From the NCBI GenBank assembly GCA_050613775.1, contig JBODTK010000119.1:1-64000 (forward strand): a DNA stretch of 64,000 bases, read 5' to 3'. Below, piece after piece: positions 49,227 to 63,712 of the stretch. Position 1 is the first letter of the stretch; each line of letters starts with the position of its first letter. A model generated the notes under the pieces. That model saw only the letters and a program-made list of their open reading frames with translations. It ran no database searches and was not told the origin of the DNA. The DNA comes from Neocallimastix sp. 'constans' (lineage: Eukaryota). Made by a program: the position numbers and the translations under genes.

Positions 49227-49522
49227 GGGAGTAGGGCATTTCGCCAAATTGCATTTCTCCATGTTGCATTTCGCTATTTTTTGAAAGCATGGTATTAAAA
49301 AATGTGGCATTTCCCCAAATTGAAAATTATTAAATAAATAAATAAGTCAATAAATAAAATTAAAATAGTTTTAATATTGAATAAAAACAAGTTTAAAAAA
49401 AATTATTTTGAATTATTATTTATTGATTGATTCATTTATTTATATCAATACTCCACTTAGCGAAATGTAATCTGGTGAAATGTAACCTGGCGAAATTCAA
49501 TTTGGGGAAATACAACTATCCC
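49227..49522. mobile_element. MITE of about 300 bp with GGGA...TCCC termini and 8-bp TSD
   Basis: Inverted subterminal ttgcatttcgcca-like repeats at both ends; flanked by actttttt at 49219-49226 and 49523-49530. Confidence 0.85.
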
Positions 49523-49689
49523 ACTTTTTTTGTATTCATGTAGTACAGAAATAGATTCATTCCACCCATTGTATTTTTTTTTTTTTTTCACAATTTATTA
49601 ATATGTTTTTTAATATTTAATATCTTTTACACTTTTTATTACAAAAAATAATTTATTTTTACTAATATTTTCATTTTTTCAATTATTGC

Positions 49690-50720
49690 AAAGATGAGTA
49701 GTAAAATAAATTATACGGTTAACCCTTTTTTTAGATTTTTAACCGAAAAAGTTTCCTTTATCTTTAATTCACTTCTTTACTAGAATCAAATAAAAGGAAC
49801 ACCAAAAAACTCAAACTCATTTTAATTGCTGTTTATTTTGGAATTTTGGGTTTAAAATTAAGACTTTCACTACTTCTATATAATATTTCAAAAGAACAAA
49901 TTATACTTCATATAAATAGTTTTTTTGTGTTAAGACGATGATTTTGATGCTTTAAAAAAGAAGAAAGTATCTTCTTATGTTATTTCTCATTTAGTTAAAA
50001 ATATACCAACACTTTCACATTATTCATGAACAAAAAAAAAAATCACCTAGATTAACCAATACACAGACACAATAATAAACTTCTTAGAGAAATACAGAAG
50101 TTTAACTGAGAAAATGTTCATCATATAAGTACTACTTCTGCAATTAGATAAATTAAATAAAAAAAAAGTTTGGTATTAAAAAATTTATTCAACGTCTATC
50201 ACTAAAATATTCACAATCTCTTGGATTTTTTTTGGATTGGACTCAAAATTGATGTGAAACCTCTTGTAATCAGCAAATTTGTATCGGAAGAATTTCCCAA
50301 CATGTTGCTCTTGTTGCAATGAGAGTAGGAGCATACCTATTTTTTTACACACTGGACATTTTTATGTCTTTAAATTTGAAAAATTTAAGCAATAATTCAT
50401 TCATTTTGGTTGATGAAATTTTTAATAATTTTTCTCTTATTGCTCATAAGAAATCACTGAACATTCACGATGATAAAGAAGAAGATTTTGATAATAATAT
50501 TAATTTTTACATGCTGTATCTCCTTCTTGGTGAAAATGCAGTATATAAAATCTAAAAAACTAATTTTTGGTGAAAGAAGGCGTTTTATTAACAATATCTT
50601 TCAAGAGAATCTTCTTAATCGATTTCATATTTTATGAGACTTGCGAAATATCCTTATTAATGTTATACCTATTGTGACTAAGGTTAAATCAAGAATTATA
50701 ACTAGAAAGGATATATTTGG
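49690..50720 (+). mobile_element. Heavily decayed LINE post-RT fragment
   Basis: IPTLSHYS* (compare IPTMSHYSW) and NFSLIAHKKSLNIHDDKEEDFDNNINFYMLYLLLG are similar to the other LINE C-termini here. Confidence 0.65.
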
Positions 50721-51676
50721 AGGCTAATATATAAAAATATTTTCTTATTAAATAAAATAAATAAATGACAATTATTAAAAAAAAAAAAAAAAAAAAAAAG
50801 GAATATTTGTTTTAGTGGTAATTAAGATGACAATCTAATCCTTTGAATAAAAGAAAAACAAATTTGAATATTAGTAATTGTATTTCTAAAATGAATGTGT
50901 TACAACGTGGCTTATAATTAAAAACTTTATTCGTAATTTAACTCACCACATTTTTATTTTTATTTTTATTTTTTTTTTTTAAATAATCGTAAATAAATAA
51001 ATAAAACTAGAAATAAATATAAGTAGTTTAATTTTTTTTTTTTTTTTTAAACATCAAAAAAATATATATATATATTTATAATTATTAAAAAATGAATTAA
51101 ATAAATAAATAATAAATAAAATAAATAATAAAAAAATTAAATAAATAAATAATAAATTATGAAAAATTAAATAAATTTTATTTTTAACCATTAAAAAGTG
51201 GAAAAAAAAACAAAACTTAAAATAAGTGAAACAAATAGAAAATAGAGGTAAAGAATAAATTATTATAAATAAAAAAAATAAAATTTATTTATATCTTTAA
51301 TATTATATAATATTAAAATTTATTTGGTTATTGTTTTAAATAAAAAAATATTTACATAAAATTAAATATTACTAAATATTATTTTAATATTATTTTAACA
51401 AAAAATACTATTAAATATTAATGTTTTTTTCAACGAAAGATACTGTTAAATATTATTTTATTATTATATCTTTAAGATTAAATACTATTAAATATTATTT
51501 TATTATTTATTAAATATTTAATTATTTGATATAATTTAAGACACTCGTATATAACCGTTTATTTAAGTATGCCATATTTTATTTAAAGCCACGTTCCGAA
51601 GTCAATATTCACTATTTGCGATCCCCTAAAATTATTTTATTATCCTAACCAACTAAATATTCAAGTATTTTTTTTA

Positions 51677-51950
51677 GGGAGAGTTGCATTTCCCCAAATT
51701 GCATTTCGCCAGGTTGTATTTCGACAAGTAGAGTATTGATATAAATAAATGAATAAATAAATAAATATTAATTCAAAATATTTTTTTTTTAAAATTGTTT
51801 TTATGAGATATTAATAATATTTAATTTTATTTATTGATTTATTTATTTATTTAATAATTTTCAATTTGGCGAAATGCCACATTTTTTTAATACGCCACAT
51901 GCTTTCAAAAAAATTGGCGAAATGCAATCTGGCGAAATGCCCCACATCCT
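51677..51950. mobile_element. Second copy of the same MITE, in opposite orientation
   Basis: Reverse complement of 49227-49522 including the internal AT-rich core; flanked by its own (t)ttttttta duplication. Confidence 0.85.
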
Positions 51951-53821
51951 TTTTTTTAATGGATATTACCATTTAATGTTTTTAATTTTACTATATTTGG
52001 CAACAAATTTTGAGTAATGAGAAAAACATAACAAAGATTGGTAAATATAATAGATTAAATTTTATAAATAACAAATTATGGTACTATTTAAATCAGACTT
52101 AAAAAATAAATAAATAAATAAATAAATTTGTTAAACCTTTTTTTTAAACTTTAAATAGGTAGTTAATTTTGATTGATTAAAAAAAAAGAAAAAAAAGAAT
52201 TAAAATTGAAATTTTTTTTTTTTAATTACTTTTTTAATTGAAATACCTATATATTCCTCTAAATATATAAAATTTTCATTTTATTTTAGTATTATTATTA
52301 ATAAATAATAATACATTTTATAGATTAAAAATAAAAAAAAAAAAAAAATTGTTACAAATGTAAATATTTTTCGAAAAATTAATTATTAAAATTAACTAAT
52401 TTTTTGTCTGTAATATCAATTATTAATATTAGCTATTTTATAATAAATTTATTTGTTTCATAAAAAAAAAAAAAAAAAAAAAGAAAAAAAGATAATACTG
52501 AAATTATATAAGAAAAAATCATGAAAAAAAATACTAATTAAAATTTAAGTATTTTTTACATATAAATTTATGTATTTATAGGTAGTATGGATACATTTTT
52601 TTTTAAAAAAATTATTCTCTTAAGATTATTCTATTGATTTTGTATGTGTAAAACTAAATAAAAAATATATTTACTGTATTTTTTAAGAAAAAAAGCTATA
52701 TAAAATTATTTTTGTATCAATAAGAATTTATTATTCGATTGAGGTAATTTTTTTTTATATAATTATTATAAAAAAAACTGATTGGAGGGATATTTCTGTT
52801 GAAAATGATGTTCCATTCCATTCTTTCTTTACTTTCTCAAAGAATTCATATAGAACATATTACTGGTTATAAATTAAGTTGGTAGAGATTCATATATATA
52901 TATATATATATTTTTTTTAAATTTGGTTATAACTTTTAAGAATAAGAAATTTTCTAACACTATGAAATGTACCATTAAATGTCTTGAATCTATTATCACT
53001 GGTGTTATAATTTTTAATGAAATTAATTATAGATCTGATGATAATATACCTATTATCATTACCATATTTCTTTTTATTTTTTTTTTTTATTTTGTTTATA
53101 GTGTTGCTGATAGTCTTAATAATGGATTTGCCAAAAAATCTAACTTTTACGGTATTGCTATTAAAAATAATTTAAAAATAATTCTTTTAACTTTAATCAT
53201 TAAGCCTTAATCTATAATATTTATTATGGAAAACTAACGTAGACTAAACAAAGGTAAACAAGGCTGTATATATAAATTTCTCTTTTATTAGTATTGCTGA
53301 TCTTATTGATAATCCAAAACAACTATTCATACCATAAAAAATATCTTTGATGATATCACTAAGAAATATTGTATTTTATTACTTCTAGAATTAACAATGG
53401 TTTCCCAGATAGGTACCACTTTAAGAACAAATATATTGTTACATGGGGTTTAAATAAAGTTATTTATATTAGTTGTATCTTTACCGATAATGAAACTCTT
53501 ATAATTAATAATAATATTCATAGAGTTTCAGAAAAAAAGAATACGAATTATAATGAATATATTAATATTTATTCTCCTTAAACTGTTGAAGTTTAATATT
53601 TAACTGTTAATAATCAAGAAAATGATACAACTGTTATTTAAAGTAATTCTTTTTAATTTCATCTGAAAATAAAAAAAAAAAGTCATATCTAATCAAACAA
53701 ACAAACAAACAAACAAACAAACATAAAAAAAAAAAAAAAAAAAAAAACTTTCTTAAAAACTAATAAAATGACCACAGATAAGATGAAAAGTAACTTTTTT
53801 TATATATTTCTATTTATTAAA

Positions 53822-53862
<41 letters not shown>

Positions 53863-56800
53863 TATTTTCTCCCTATTCTGGGTATTCCCTTTTAATGAAG
53901 TTGGAATTTTGCTAACGTAACTAGTCGTCATTCTTTTTTTATGAAAAACATAGAAGTCCCTTTACTTTGTCTAAGTCACATTTAATATGATTGTTAAGGG
54001 ATATCATTCAATACTACCCTTATTTAGAGATTAAGAAAAGTAATTAGTTTGTGGCTATGTTATACATTATATATTCATGTTATGACCCATATTTATTGAA
54101 TATTACACTGCTCTTGGTTATACTCACTGTATATAAATATGATATAGTGTAAAAGTATATATAGACTAAAAGGTTATAAAAAAAAATTATTCGATATAAG
54201 ATACAACTGAAAACTTTAATTAATATAATATTTTATTTTTACTTAATACCAAAAAAAATACAATTATTTATGAAAATTATTAACTTTCATATTTATAAAT
54301 ATTAACAAGGGACTTTTTAAAATAAATACACTTTATAAATAAATGTATTTTATTATATTTTATTTTTAAATATTTCTATTAAATTCATAATTCATAATTA
54401 TATAAATTATTAATATTATCTTATTCTGTTTAAAATATTTCAATTTATTTATTTATTTATTTATTTATTTATTTTTGATATAAATATAAAAAAAAATAAC
54501 AAAAGATCGAGATAAGAACCTAAGATATATTATATTATACTTGACAAAATAATTTTTATTAATTATATTAATATGTTAAATATATATATTTTTTGTTTAA
54601 AAATAATTTTTTTTATTGAATTTTCTGTATTTTTTATAGTTTATTTTATTAATAATGTTATTATTAATAAAATAAACTATAAAAAAATACTTATGTCTAA
54701 AAATGGAAATTTCAAAATTTAATTATACAGAATAATAAAAATAAGAAAAAAAAGGGGCTCTCTACTCCAAAATAAAAAAAAAAAATTTAATATAGGTCTT
54801 TCTTTTAATTAGTAGTTGAACTTTAATTTATTAATTTTAATAAAATTTAAACAAAAATAAAAATAAAAAGTATTGGTTATTTTAGTTTAAAAAGGCTTGA
54901 AAAAATAATTAACTTTTTTTTTTTTTTTTGATTTAATATTTTATTTTTTGATTAAAAAATACTTAAAATATCTATAATATGAAAAGGTAGCAATTATTCT
55001 GTAATATAGCTGCTAATTGCAATCTTTTTTTTTTTAACTTTATATTTTAAATAAAATAAAAATGAAATATTAACATTTATGAAATAATATATTTATATTA
55101 TCATCAATTATTATTTAACTATGTTTGAATGTTTATAGATTTTATAAAATAAATGACTTTTTTTGAATTCGTTATATTACAACATAGTAAGATAATATAA
55201 AAATTATTATAAAGATAAAAAAATAAGGAAGAAAAAGAGATAATGTTTTGGAAGCTAAATAGTATTAAGAAAAGCTTTTCATTTTCATAAAATAAAATGA
55301 AAAAACAAAAATAAATATGGATGATTAATTTAAATATAGAATAAAATATATATATGTATATTTTTTTTTTAAAAAAAAATTAAACAATGACAAAATTAAT
55401 AGAAAAATGATAATAGTTATAATACAAACACAAATTATTTATGTATAATGTATAGTTTTAATTGCATAAAAAAAATCTATACTTATGAAAAAAAGTTGTT
55501 TTTTTATATTTAATGAAATATATAATATATATAATAAATAATATATATTTTAATATTAACTATTTTTATTTTAATAATTTAAAATAATATATATACAATA
55601 CATATAATATAAATATCAATAGATATTTCAAAACAAACTAATTTTAAAAGTTAACATATTCATATCATAATTATATTTATTTATATAATAAAAGTAATAA
55701 TCATTATATTATAAATACTACTAGAATTAACAATAATAATCATAATAATAAATAACAAAGCAATAATAATAAATAATAATAATAATAAATAATAATAAAT
55801 AATAATAAATAATAATAAATATTAATAATAAATAATAATAAATAATAATAAATAATAATAAATAATAATAAATAATAATAAATAATAATAAATAATAAGA
55901 ATATTATATTAAATATAATAATAATAATAATCAGATAAAAAGAAATAGAAATATTAAATACAAATAAAGGTTACACAGAATAACTTCGTTTGTATAAAAA
56001 TTTAATAAACTTTGAAATATTCAAATAATAAATAATAAATAAAATTTAATGAATTTTTGAAAATTCTTTATTTTATGCATTATTTTATATATTAGTTATA
56101 TATTCTTATATTTATTTTTAATTATATTTAATTATATATTCATATATAATAACAATAAATTATTTAAAAAAAGTTTATTGTTATTGTATTTTATTTTATA
56201 ATTTTAACCTATTTATTTTAATAAAATAAATGATACATTTAAAATTGAATATATGTTATCTATATATTAATAATTGAATTTTTAGTATTTAAAATATATT
56301 ATTTTATATTATTTTTTTATATTTATATATGCTTAATAGAATAATAAATTAAATCAAAACTCTAAAATATATAAATTTTTTATATTAAATAGAATTTGAA
56401 TTTGAATTAAATTATAATAAAATATTTTTTTTAAATCTATAGACCTAATCCTAAATAAAAATTCTAAATTTTTTTATGATTTAACTTTTTTAACAAAATA
56501 CTATAAAAAAAATAATTAATAATAATTAAAAATTTTAATCGAATATATTATGCTTATATAGAAAGTGAAAATATATATGTAGATAAATAAAAATAAAAAT
56601 AAAAATAACAGAAAATTTAATGAAATAGAAACAACAACAATAATAATAATGATAATAATAATAATAATAATAATATTCTCTATATCATTAATGAAATAAC
56701 AAATTTAATATATTACATTTATTTATCATTATTGCACCACTTATATTTTGTACTTATTTTTTATTTTTATATTAAAATATTATAAAAACAAAAAATAATT

Positions 56801-57855
56801 CATTAATATAAAAAATAAATTATACATTTTCTTTTATTGAATAAAGAAATTATAAAAAATTACAGTTTTTCCTAAATGGAAAATGGAATAGAATAAAGCT
56901 TTTTACCATAAATATATTTATCTTTATAAAACTTAATAACTTCATATCTTAATATATATAATATATATTATTTATAATTAAAAATTTTTCTTATAATAAA
57001 TAATTAAAAAAGTTATTTTTGCCTTTAATACTATATAAAAAAGTAAAATTGAACTTTTAGCTATCTCTATTGTAGAATAGAAATATTAATAATATTAATA
57101 AATATCTTTTTTAAAAATTAAAAAAAAATTATATACAATATTAAAGTTTAACTATTATTTATTTCTATTGATTATATAAAAAATTAAAATTTAATATTAT
57201 AAAATAAAATATATAAAATAAAATATATAAATAATAGTACATAATATATAATATATGAATAATAAAATTGCAATATAATATTATATATATAAATATTAAA
57301 TAAATAATACATTATAAATATATATATTCTCATTAAAAATAATACAAATTTCTTCAATTTTATATGTTGCACAAGAAATGAAATATATAATATATGCAAT
57401 TAATAAATATTTATAAGTAATAGGATATAATAAATTTTGTACTATTATTATTTTTTTTTTATTATTTAAAATTTTAATTCGAATTTCTATTATTAATATA
57501 AAAAAAATTAATTTAACCAAAATAAAAAGAAAATTCATTTTTTTTTTAAATTAATTAAATTAAAAAAGTTATTACTTAATTTTTTAAAACATTGCATATA
57601 AAGTTTAAATATTATTAATTTTTTATTTATGAATAAAATTATTATTAACAACACCCTATTTACTCGATAATCTTTTTTTTTTTTTTAAAAAATCCTATAA
57701 AAGGAGTGAAAATTCAATAAATACACTTTTTGGTTCCTGGATAAAAAAAAAATAAAACTAAAGAAAATTATTTTATTTTATAATAAAAATAATATATTTA
57801 GTGAAGTGATTTTTTTTATTGATATTTTATTAATAAGTTTTATTTATAAATAAGA

Positions 57856-59302
57856 ATGAAATTATTAAAATTTGTTACTACTTTATTAACAATATCTGTT
57901 GCTTCAGTATTCGCCAGTGGTGGAGAAGCTGAAAATGAAATTACATTTTATGGTTGTCCAGAAGAATGTTCAGCTCAAAGAAATCCATCATGTCCACAAT
58001 TTGATGATGACGATCTTCCAACTAACTTTGCTGCATTAGTAAGTGAATAATATTTTATTTATTCAAATTTTATTTTAAAATTTTGGTTTGATTCAAATAA
58101 TTAATTATTTTAAATAATAATATTTATTAAATATATTTAAATTATATAATTAAAGAGTACAAAATTATCTCATTATGATGATTATTGTGGTCATTATGCA
58201 ATCTTTTTCCCATATGAATATGGAAGTAGATTAGGTATGTTTTGGATAAATAACTTTATATGAATAAAAATAATTTAAATAAATAAATATAAATAGTATT
58301 TTAAATATGTATTCATTGTTCATTTTATTTATATTTTAATTATATTTAATTATATAATTATTCCATACAATAGGTAAGGCTACAGTTGTTGATTCTTGTA
58401 GTTCTTGTGCTAAGTATCATCTTGATTTATCAAAGAAAGCATTTACGAAGTTTGTTGGTGAAAGTAAGGGTACTGCCAAGATTGTTTGGGGTATATACTC
58501 AAAGAGTGGTAATAAGTTAGCTGGACCATTCTACAGTAGTGCTAGTTCAGCTGCTAAGAAATTTGGTATGTCTTCTGATGCTTTCCTTTCAGCTTTTAAT
58601 GCTAGTGCAAGAAGATTAGCTGTTAGTAGTGATAGTAATATTGAATTTTCAAAGAATGCTAGTGCTGAAGATAAAGTTACCAAGAAAGCTACTACTACTA
58701 CTAAAACAATTAAAACAATTAAATCTGTTGTAAGTACAAGTAGAGCTCCATTCCCATTAGTTACAAAGAAGGTTGTAACTCCAACTGTTAAACAAGTTCA
58801 AACTCCAATTAATCAAAATATTCCACCTAAGCAAGTTGCTACTTCAATTAATCAAGTTGGTACTCCAGTTAATCAAGTAGCAACTCCAGTTAATCAAATT
58901 GCTACTCCAGTTAATCAAATTGGTACTCCATCAGATCAAATTGCTACCCCAGCTAATGAAATTGATGCTAATAATGATGTTTCTGCTTCTGCTATTACTG
59001 TAAGTCCAGCAGAACCAGTCGATCAAGTAAATAAAGCTGTTGATGAAGAAAAAGAAGGTGGTTTAGGTGCTGTTGGTATTCTCGCCATTGGTGGCGGTTG
59101 TCTTGGAGCTGCAGGTGCTGGTTTGATCTTCATGAAAAGAAAAAGTCCAAATACCTATGAAGACTTAAAGCAAAAATTCCCAGAAGCATTTACAACTGTA
59201 AAGAGAGGTATTAGTCGTAGTGCAACTTCTATTAAGAGAAGAGTTACTAAGAGAGAAACTGTACCACAATATCAAAATAATGCTACTCTTATGAGTGTTT
59301 AA
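57856..59302 (+). CDS. Paralog 5 of the DPBB membrane-protein array; exons 57856-58038, 58156-58234, 58374-59302
   Basis: Signal peptide, EITFYGCPEEC...FAAL|...|GKATVVDSCSSCAKYHLDLSKKAF...IVWG, 7-aa QVATPVN stalk repeats, TM GAVGILAIGGGCLGAAGAGLIFM, ends TLMSV*. Confidence 0.87.
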
Positions 59303-59873
59303 ATATATAGAAAGTTTTTATTTACTAATGAAATATTAATAATGACTTTATTCAATTAATTGAAAGCTTTTACTTTTATTATATTTATTATTTTACATTA
59401 ATATTATAGAATATTATAGTAAGATATAAAAGTTATTAACTTGTAAAATAAATATATATAAGTTTAATGTTTTTATTTTATTATTTATTAATTTTTTTTT
59501 TTTGCTACATAATTTAGATATTATAAAATATTTAAAAAAAAAAAAAGAAGAAAGGGAGAAAATTTTTTAAATATATATATAAATAATATTTAATATCAAT
59601 ATTATTAAAGAAATGTTTAAAAATATTTTCATATATATTAAATAGTATATAGATAATTTGTTTTATTATTTTTTTTAAATAGTTTTCGTATTATAATAAT
59701 ATATTTTTTTTTTTTTTTCAAATTTACCTTGAGTATTAAAAAGTTAAAAAAGAAAAAATAAATGTATTTATATAGTTTCTGTTATTATAATAATATTTTT
59801 AGAAAAAAATAGAACATAAATAAAAAATAATAAAAAAAAAAAAAATATATGATAAATTTTTTTTAATATTTTA

Positions 59874-59949
<76 letters not shown>

Positions 59950-60134
59950 TTCTCTATCACCAATATTTTTAAATTTGTTTATTAATGTCATTTTAAATAA
60001 ATGTTATAAATATAGAATCTGTAACGGTGATAAATGATTTATTGATATGGACTATTTTTCCAGGTCCAATACTTAAAACTCTAAGGTTACTAAAGCTCTC
60101 ATTTCTGTTATTTTATAAAACTTCGTTATGTATA

Positions 60135-60333
60135 TCCTGATCCTTCCATTCCCTTGTACTGTTATTAATACTTCGACCTCCAAGAAGGAAATTAAACACT
60201 TTTTCACACACACTAGAATCAACATACACATTATTTTCAATACTATAACTAACATTACTAATAATACTATTACTAATAATACTATAACTATTATTACTAT
60301 TACTATTATTACTATTACTATTCCCCAATGATG
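60135..60333 (-). mobile_element. Antisense LINE C-terminal fragment
   Basis: SVCEKVFNFLLGGRSINNSTREW is identical to the peptide in ORF 26002..26196. Confidence 0.8.
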
Positions 60334-60890
60334 GAACCTAAGCTGTACGGTTTCTGAGGGGATCAGCAATTAGTTTAATAATAAAATCTAAATTACTTTT
60401 CAATTTTTAATGCAATCTTTATTTTTTATATAATTCATAACCGTAGTTTTTTAAATCAATTTTTCAATCAAAAGAATTTTTTATACTATACTACTAACAA
60501 TATTGTTTTTTATTTTTTTCTCTTATATTTCTAAAATTTTTCTATTCTATATATATATATATATATATTTCTTCTTTTATCTTTATATATTTTACTTTAT
60601 ATCTCTATATAAATTTTTACTTTAGGTTTTTAATTTTCATATCCTTTTAAAATATTTTCACTTTAAATAAATATATTATTTTACATTATATTTTATTGAA
60701 TAAATAATTTTTCCACTAACATTGTTTTTTAATATATCTTTGGAAATTCAATTCATGTGAAACAATTAACTTTTATATTCAGTAAACTTAAATGTTAATA
60801 TTATATATATAATTCTTTGGTATACAATCCTTTTAATCAATTCACAATAAATAGAAATTAAGTCAGTTTTGTTATCATCAAACTCTAAAC

Positions 60891-63438
60891 ATGGATGCTT
60901 CTAGCTCAATTAATACTACTCCCTTCCATCGTGGTTTCTACTGCTTCGGTAATCATATGAACAATTATAGCCTTATCTTTATCCATAACCTTAATTCTTG
61001 GTCCCCTAGTAATCTAATGGCTCAAGTTATTAGTAAGATCCCTAACTACAATGAAATTATTCCATACGCTAAAAAACTTTTTTCTCCAAGGTACGGCTCA
61101 TACTTCATTATTAGGATTAATAAACACAAAAATGATCTCAAATTTTTCGATGTTTTAGATTTCTTAAGAGATAAAATTCCTGAAACAGCTAAAATTACCT
61201 GGGCCTTGTGTAATAAACTTAAACAAATGAACAAGTCAAGAAAATCTAATAACATTGATGTTGATCTTAATCCTATGGCGAAAGATTTTTTCTCTAGCCA
61301 TCTAAATTCAAATTCTTCTTTCTTTGATCTCTGTGTTAGTTGAAATATTAACGGTTGGAATACTGAAAAACGTGATAGTATTTTATATCTCAACTCTATT
61401 TTCAAACCTATATGTATCTGTTTACAAGAAACTGGAAAAAGTAAATATCTTCCAAAAGATGTTTCATCACCATTAATTCCATATTACAACTCAGTTTTCT
61501 TTAGAGCTAATCCTAAAATCCCTGGTATGAGAGGACTCTTTATTGGTGTTCATTCTTCGTGCTCTTTCTTCCAAGAACCGTTTTTATACAAATATATCAT
61601 TTCAGTAAATATTACTTATTTCTGGAATCAAAAATGTACTATTGGTAATATCTACTTCCCTCAAAGCAAATGGAAGGAAGAAAGACTAGCTGCTTTTGAT
61701 GAACTTTCTTAATGGTTACGTTTTCACAATAGAAAAAACGTTCCTGCTGTCCTAGTTGGTGATTTTAACATGTCATTAAAGAAGATCAAAACATACATTT
61801 CAAATAATTTTCCTAATTGGTATATTGCTCCCTTATATGATAATAAATTTACTTATGCCAAAGGTACTAGATCATCTTGCATTGACCATGTCATCTATAA
61901 TGAGGCTTTGGCAGCTCATTTTAATAGTTTTACATCCCTTTATTGTGTTTCTAAAGAATTCAACATTCCTCCTCTATCAGCTAAATGTGCTATTGCTCAA
62001 GTAAAGGGTTTTAAAAAATGGAAAAATTCGAATTGTATTATCTTTGATTTACTTAGATTTATATATCACGTTGTAGACGTCATAATATGAGATAAAAAAA
62101 GTAAGATTTTAGCAGTCAAATTAGATAAATTTCCTTCAAGAAAAGCAATTATAAAATTTTACTGGGATAGATATAGGCAGGAAAACCAATTATAAAATGA
62201 ATATGAGAATACTAGAGACTACTTAAAACTCAACTTTAATTATCTTGAACTTAGTATCAGATGGATACTTCGTGGCAGATGTTGATATAAATTTGATGCT
62301 CGTGTTGTAAAAAACCACCAATATTATTGAAGAAAACTTCCCAGAATGGCGTCCTTGTTGTAGCATATATCATTAGAGAAAATAGTAATCATTAATTGAA
62401 ACATCGGTGTACTAAATGCTATCTTTTCCGTGAATTTCGAATGAAATATTTTATGGATATTGAAAATTTTTATTTATATTTCTTTTAATTAACAGAAATT
62501 GTCCAATATTGAATAGTAATGTAAGTATTGATGTCACAAATTTGAATAATATAGAATCAAGTACTGATTCTGATAGTAGTAACAAAGTAAATATTATTAA
62601 TAAAATTAGTTATAACAAAAGAAATAGTGTTGTTATTAATAATAATTGTATTGATAGTGAAAATGGGGATATTAATATCAGTGATAGTAAAAATAATAGT
62701 ACTATTACTAATAATATAATGAATAGATCAATTATGAAAATCGTGTTAATATTAATAATTTTCTGAATAATTCGTTTATAAATATATATGTGACGTAGTA
62801 CCGATTATATAACATCCTTCTTAATGGAAGAGAGGCAGAAATTATTGATTTAAATTTTAAAAAGGAATGGGATATTTTTTTTTTTTTTTAAAAAAAACCA
62901 AATCATTTCTTGTGATTATTCTAAAACACTATTTTATGGTTCAATTTACCGCTCTTTTTACAAATATTATTCCTATTGTGAGTACTCTACAATGGTTGTT
63001 ATTCCGAATGGATAAATGCAACCAAGCTAGGAACGTCAATGCCGAAAATGTAATGAGACAAACTATAAAACAGGCTATAAGACAGGCAAGCAAGACCAAT
63101 TCCTCTGAAGGAAAAGACCATAATTTCTTTCAGATAATCAATTCAAACTCTAATCCAGAATAAGAATTTCTTTTTAAACTAGAATCTTATAATATTGGAG
63201 ATGACGTTCATGGCATATTTACTTTTTTTTTTTAAATTATTTGTAAACTTTATTTTGAATATTACTTTTAATTTCGTATTAATATTTAAAACATTATTAT
63301 GTTCATATTGTACAAATAATATTTATTTATTTTTTTTTTTTATTTCTATGTTTTATTTAAAAATCAAATATTCTTCTAATTAATAAATAGATTGAATAAA
63401 TAAAGTCAAATTCCGTAATAATTGTGACTGTAAAAAAA
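60891..63438 (+). mobile_element. Internally deleted non-LTR retrotransposon: N-terminal region + APE endonuclease fused to post-RT region and 3'UTR
   Basis: One frame from ATG 60891: ...CVS*NINGWN (SWNxNG), ICLQETG, GNIYFP, LVGDFNM, SCIDHVI are APE motifs. At about 61925 it jumps to SLYCVSKEFNIPPLSAKCAIAQ (post-RT region). Ends taataattgtgactgt-A7. Confidence 0.85.
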
Positions 63439-63444
63439 TGTATT

Positions 63445-63712
63445 AAAATATAAATTCCAGATTTAATAATATATACTATAAAATATAAATATAAATTCCA
63501 GATTTAATCATATAAATTATAGAATATAAATATAAAGTACCGATTTAATAAAACCAAACAGTAGAATATAAAGTACAGATTGAATAAAACCAAATAGTGG
63601 AATATAAATATAAAGTACCTATTGAATAAAATCATTAATGAAATATTAATATAAAATACAGATTGAATAAAATCAATCGTAGATTATTAATATAAAAACC
63701 CATTGAATAACA
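63445..63712. repeat. Degenerate minisatellite, about 40-bp unit, about 7 copies
   Basis: Recurring aatataaatataaagtac(a/c)gatt(g/t)aataaaa(c/t)ca units. Confidence 0.75.

Noticed and set aside
52760..53600. Slightly GC-richer stretch with short ORFs
   Set aside because: No consistent frame, splice model or recognisable motif on either strand; probably a decayed relic.
48279..61343. Trp-to-stop changes in LINE relics (48279, about 50026, 61341) as evidence of RIP-like mutation
   Set aside because: Too few events; ordinary G-to-A decay in an AT-biased genome explains them.
63445..63712. Regularly spaced repeats considered as a CRISPR-like array
   Set aside because: Degenerate tandem units without unique spacers, in a eukaryotic context with no cas genes.
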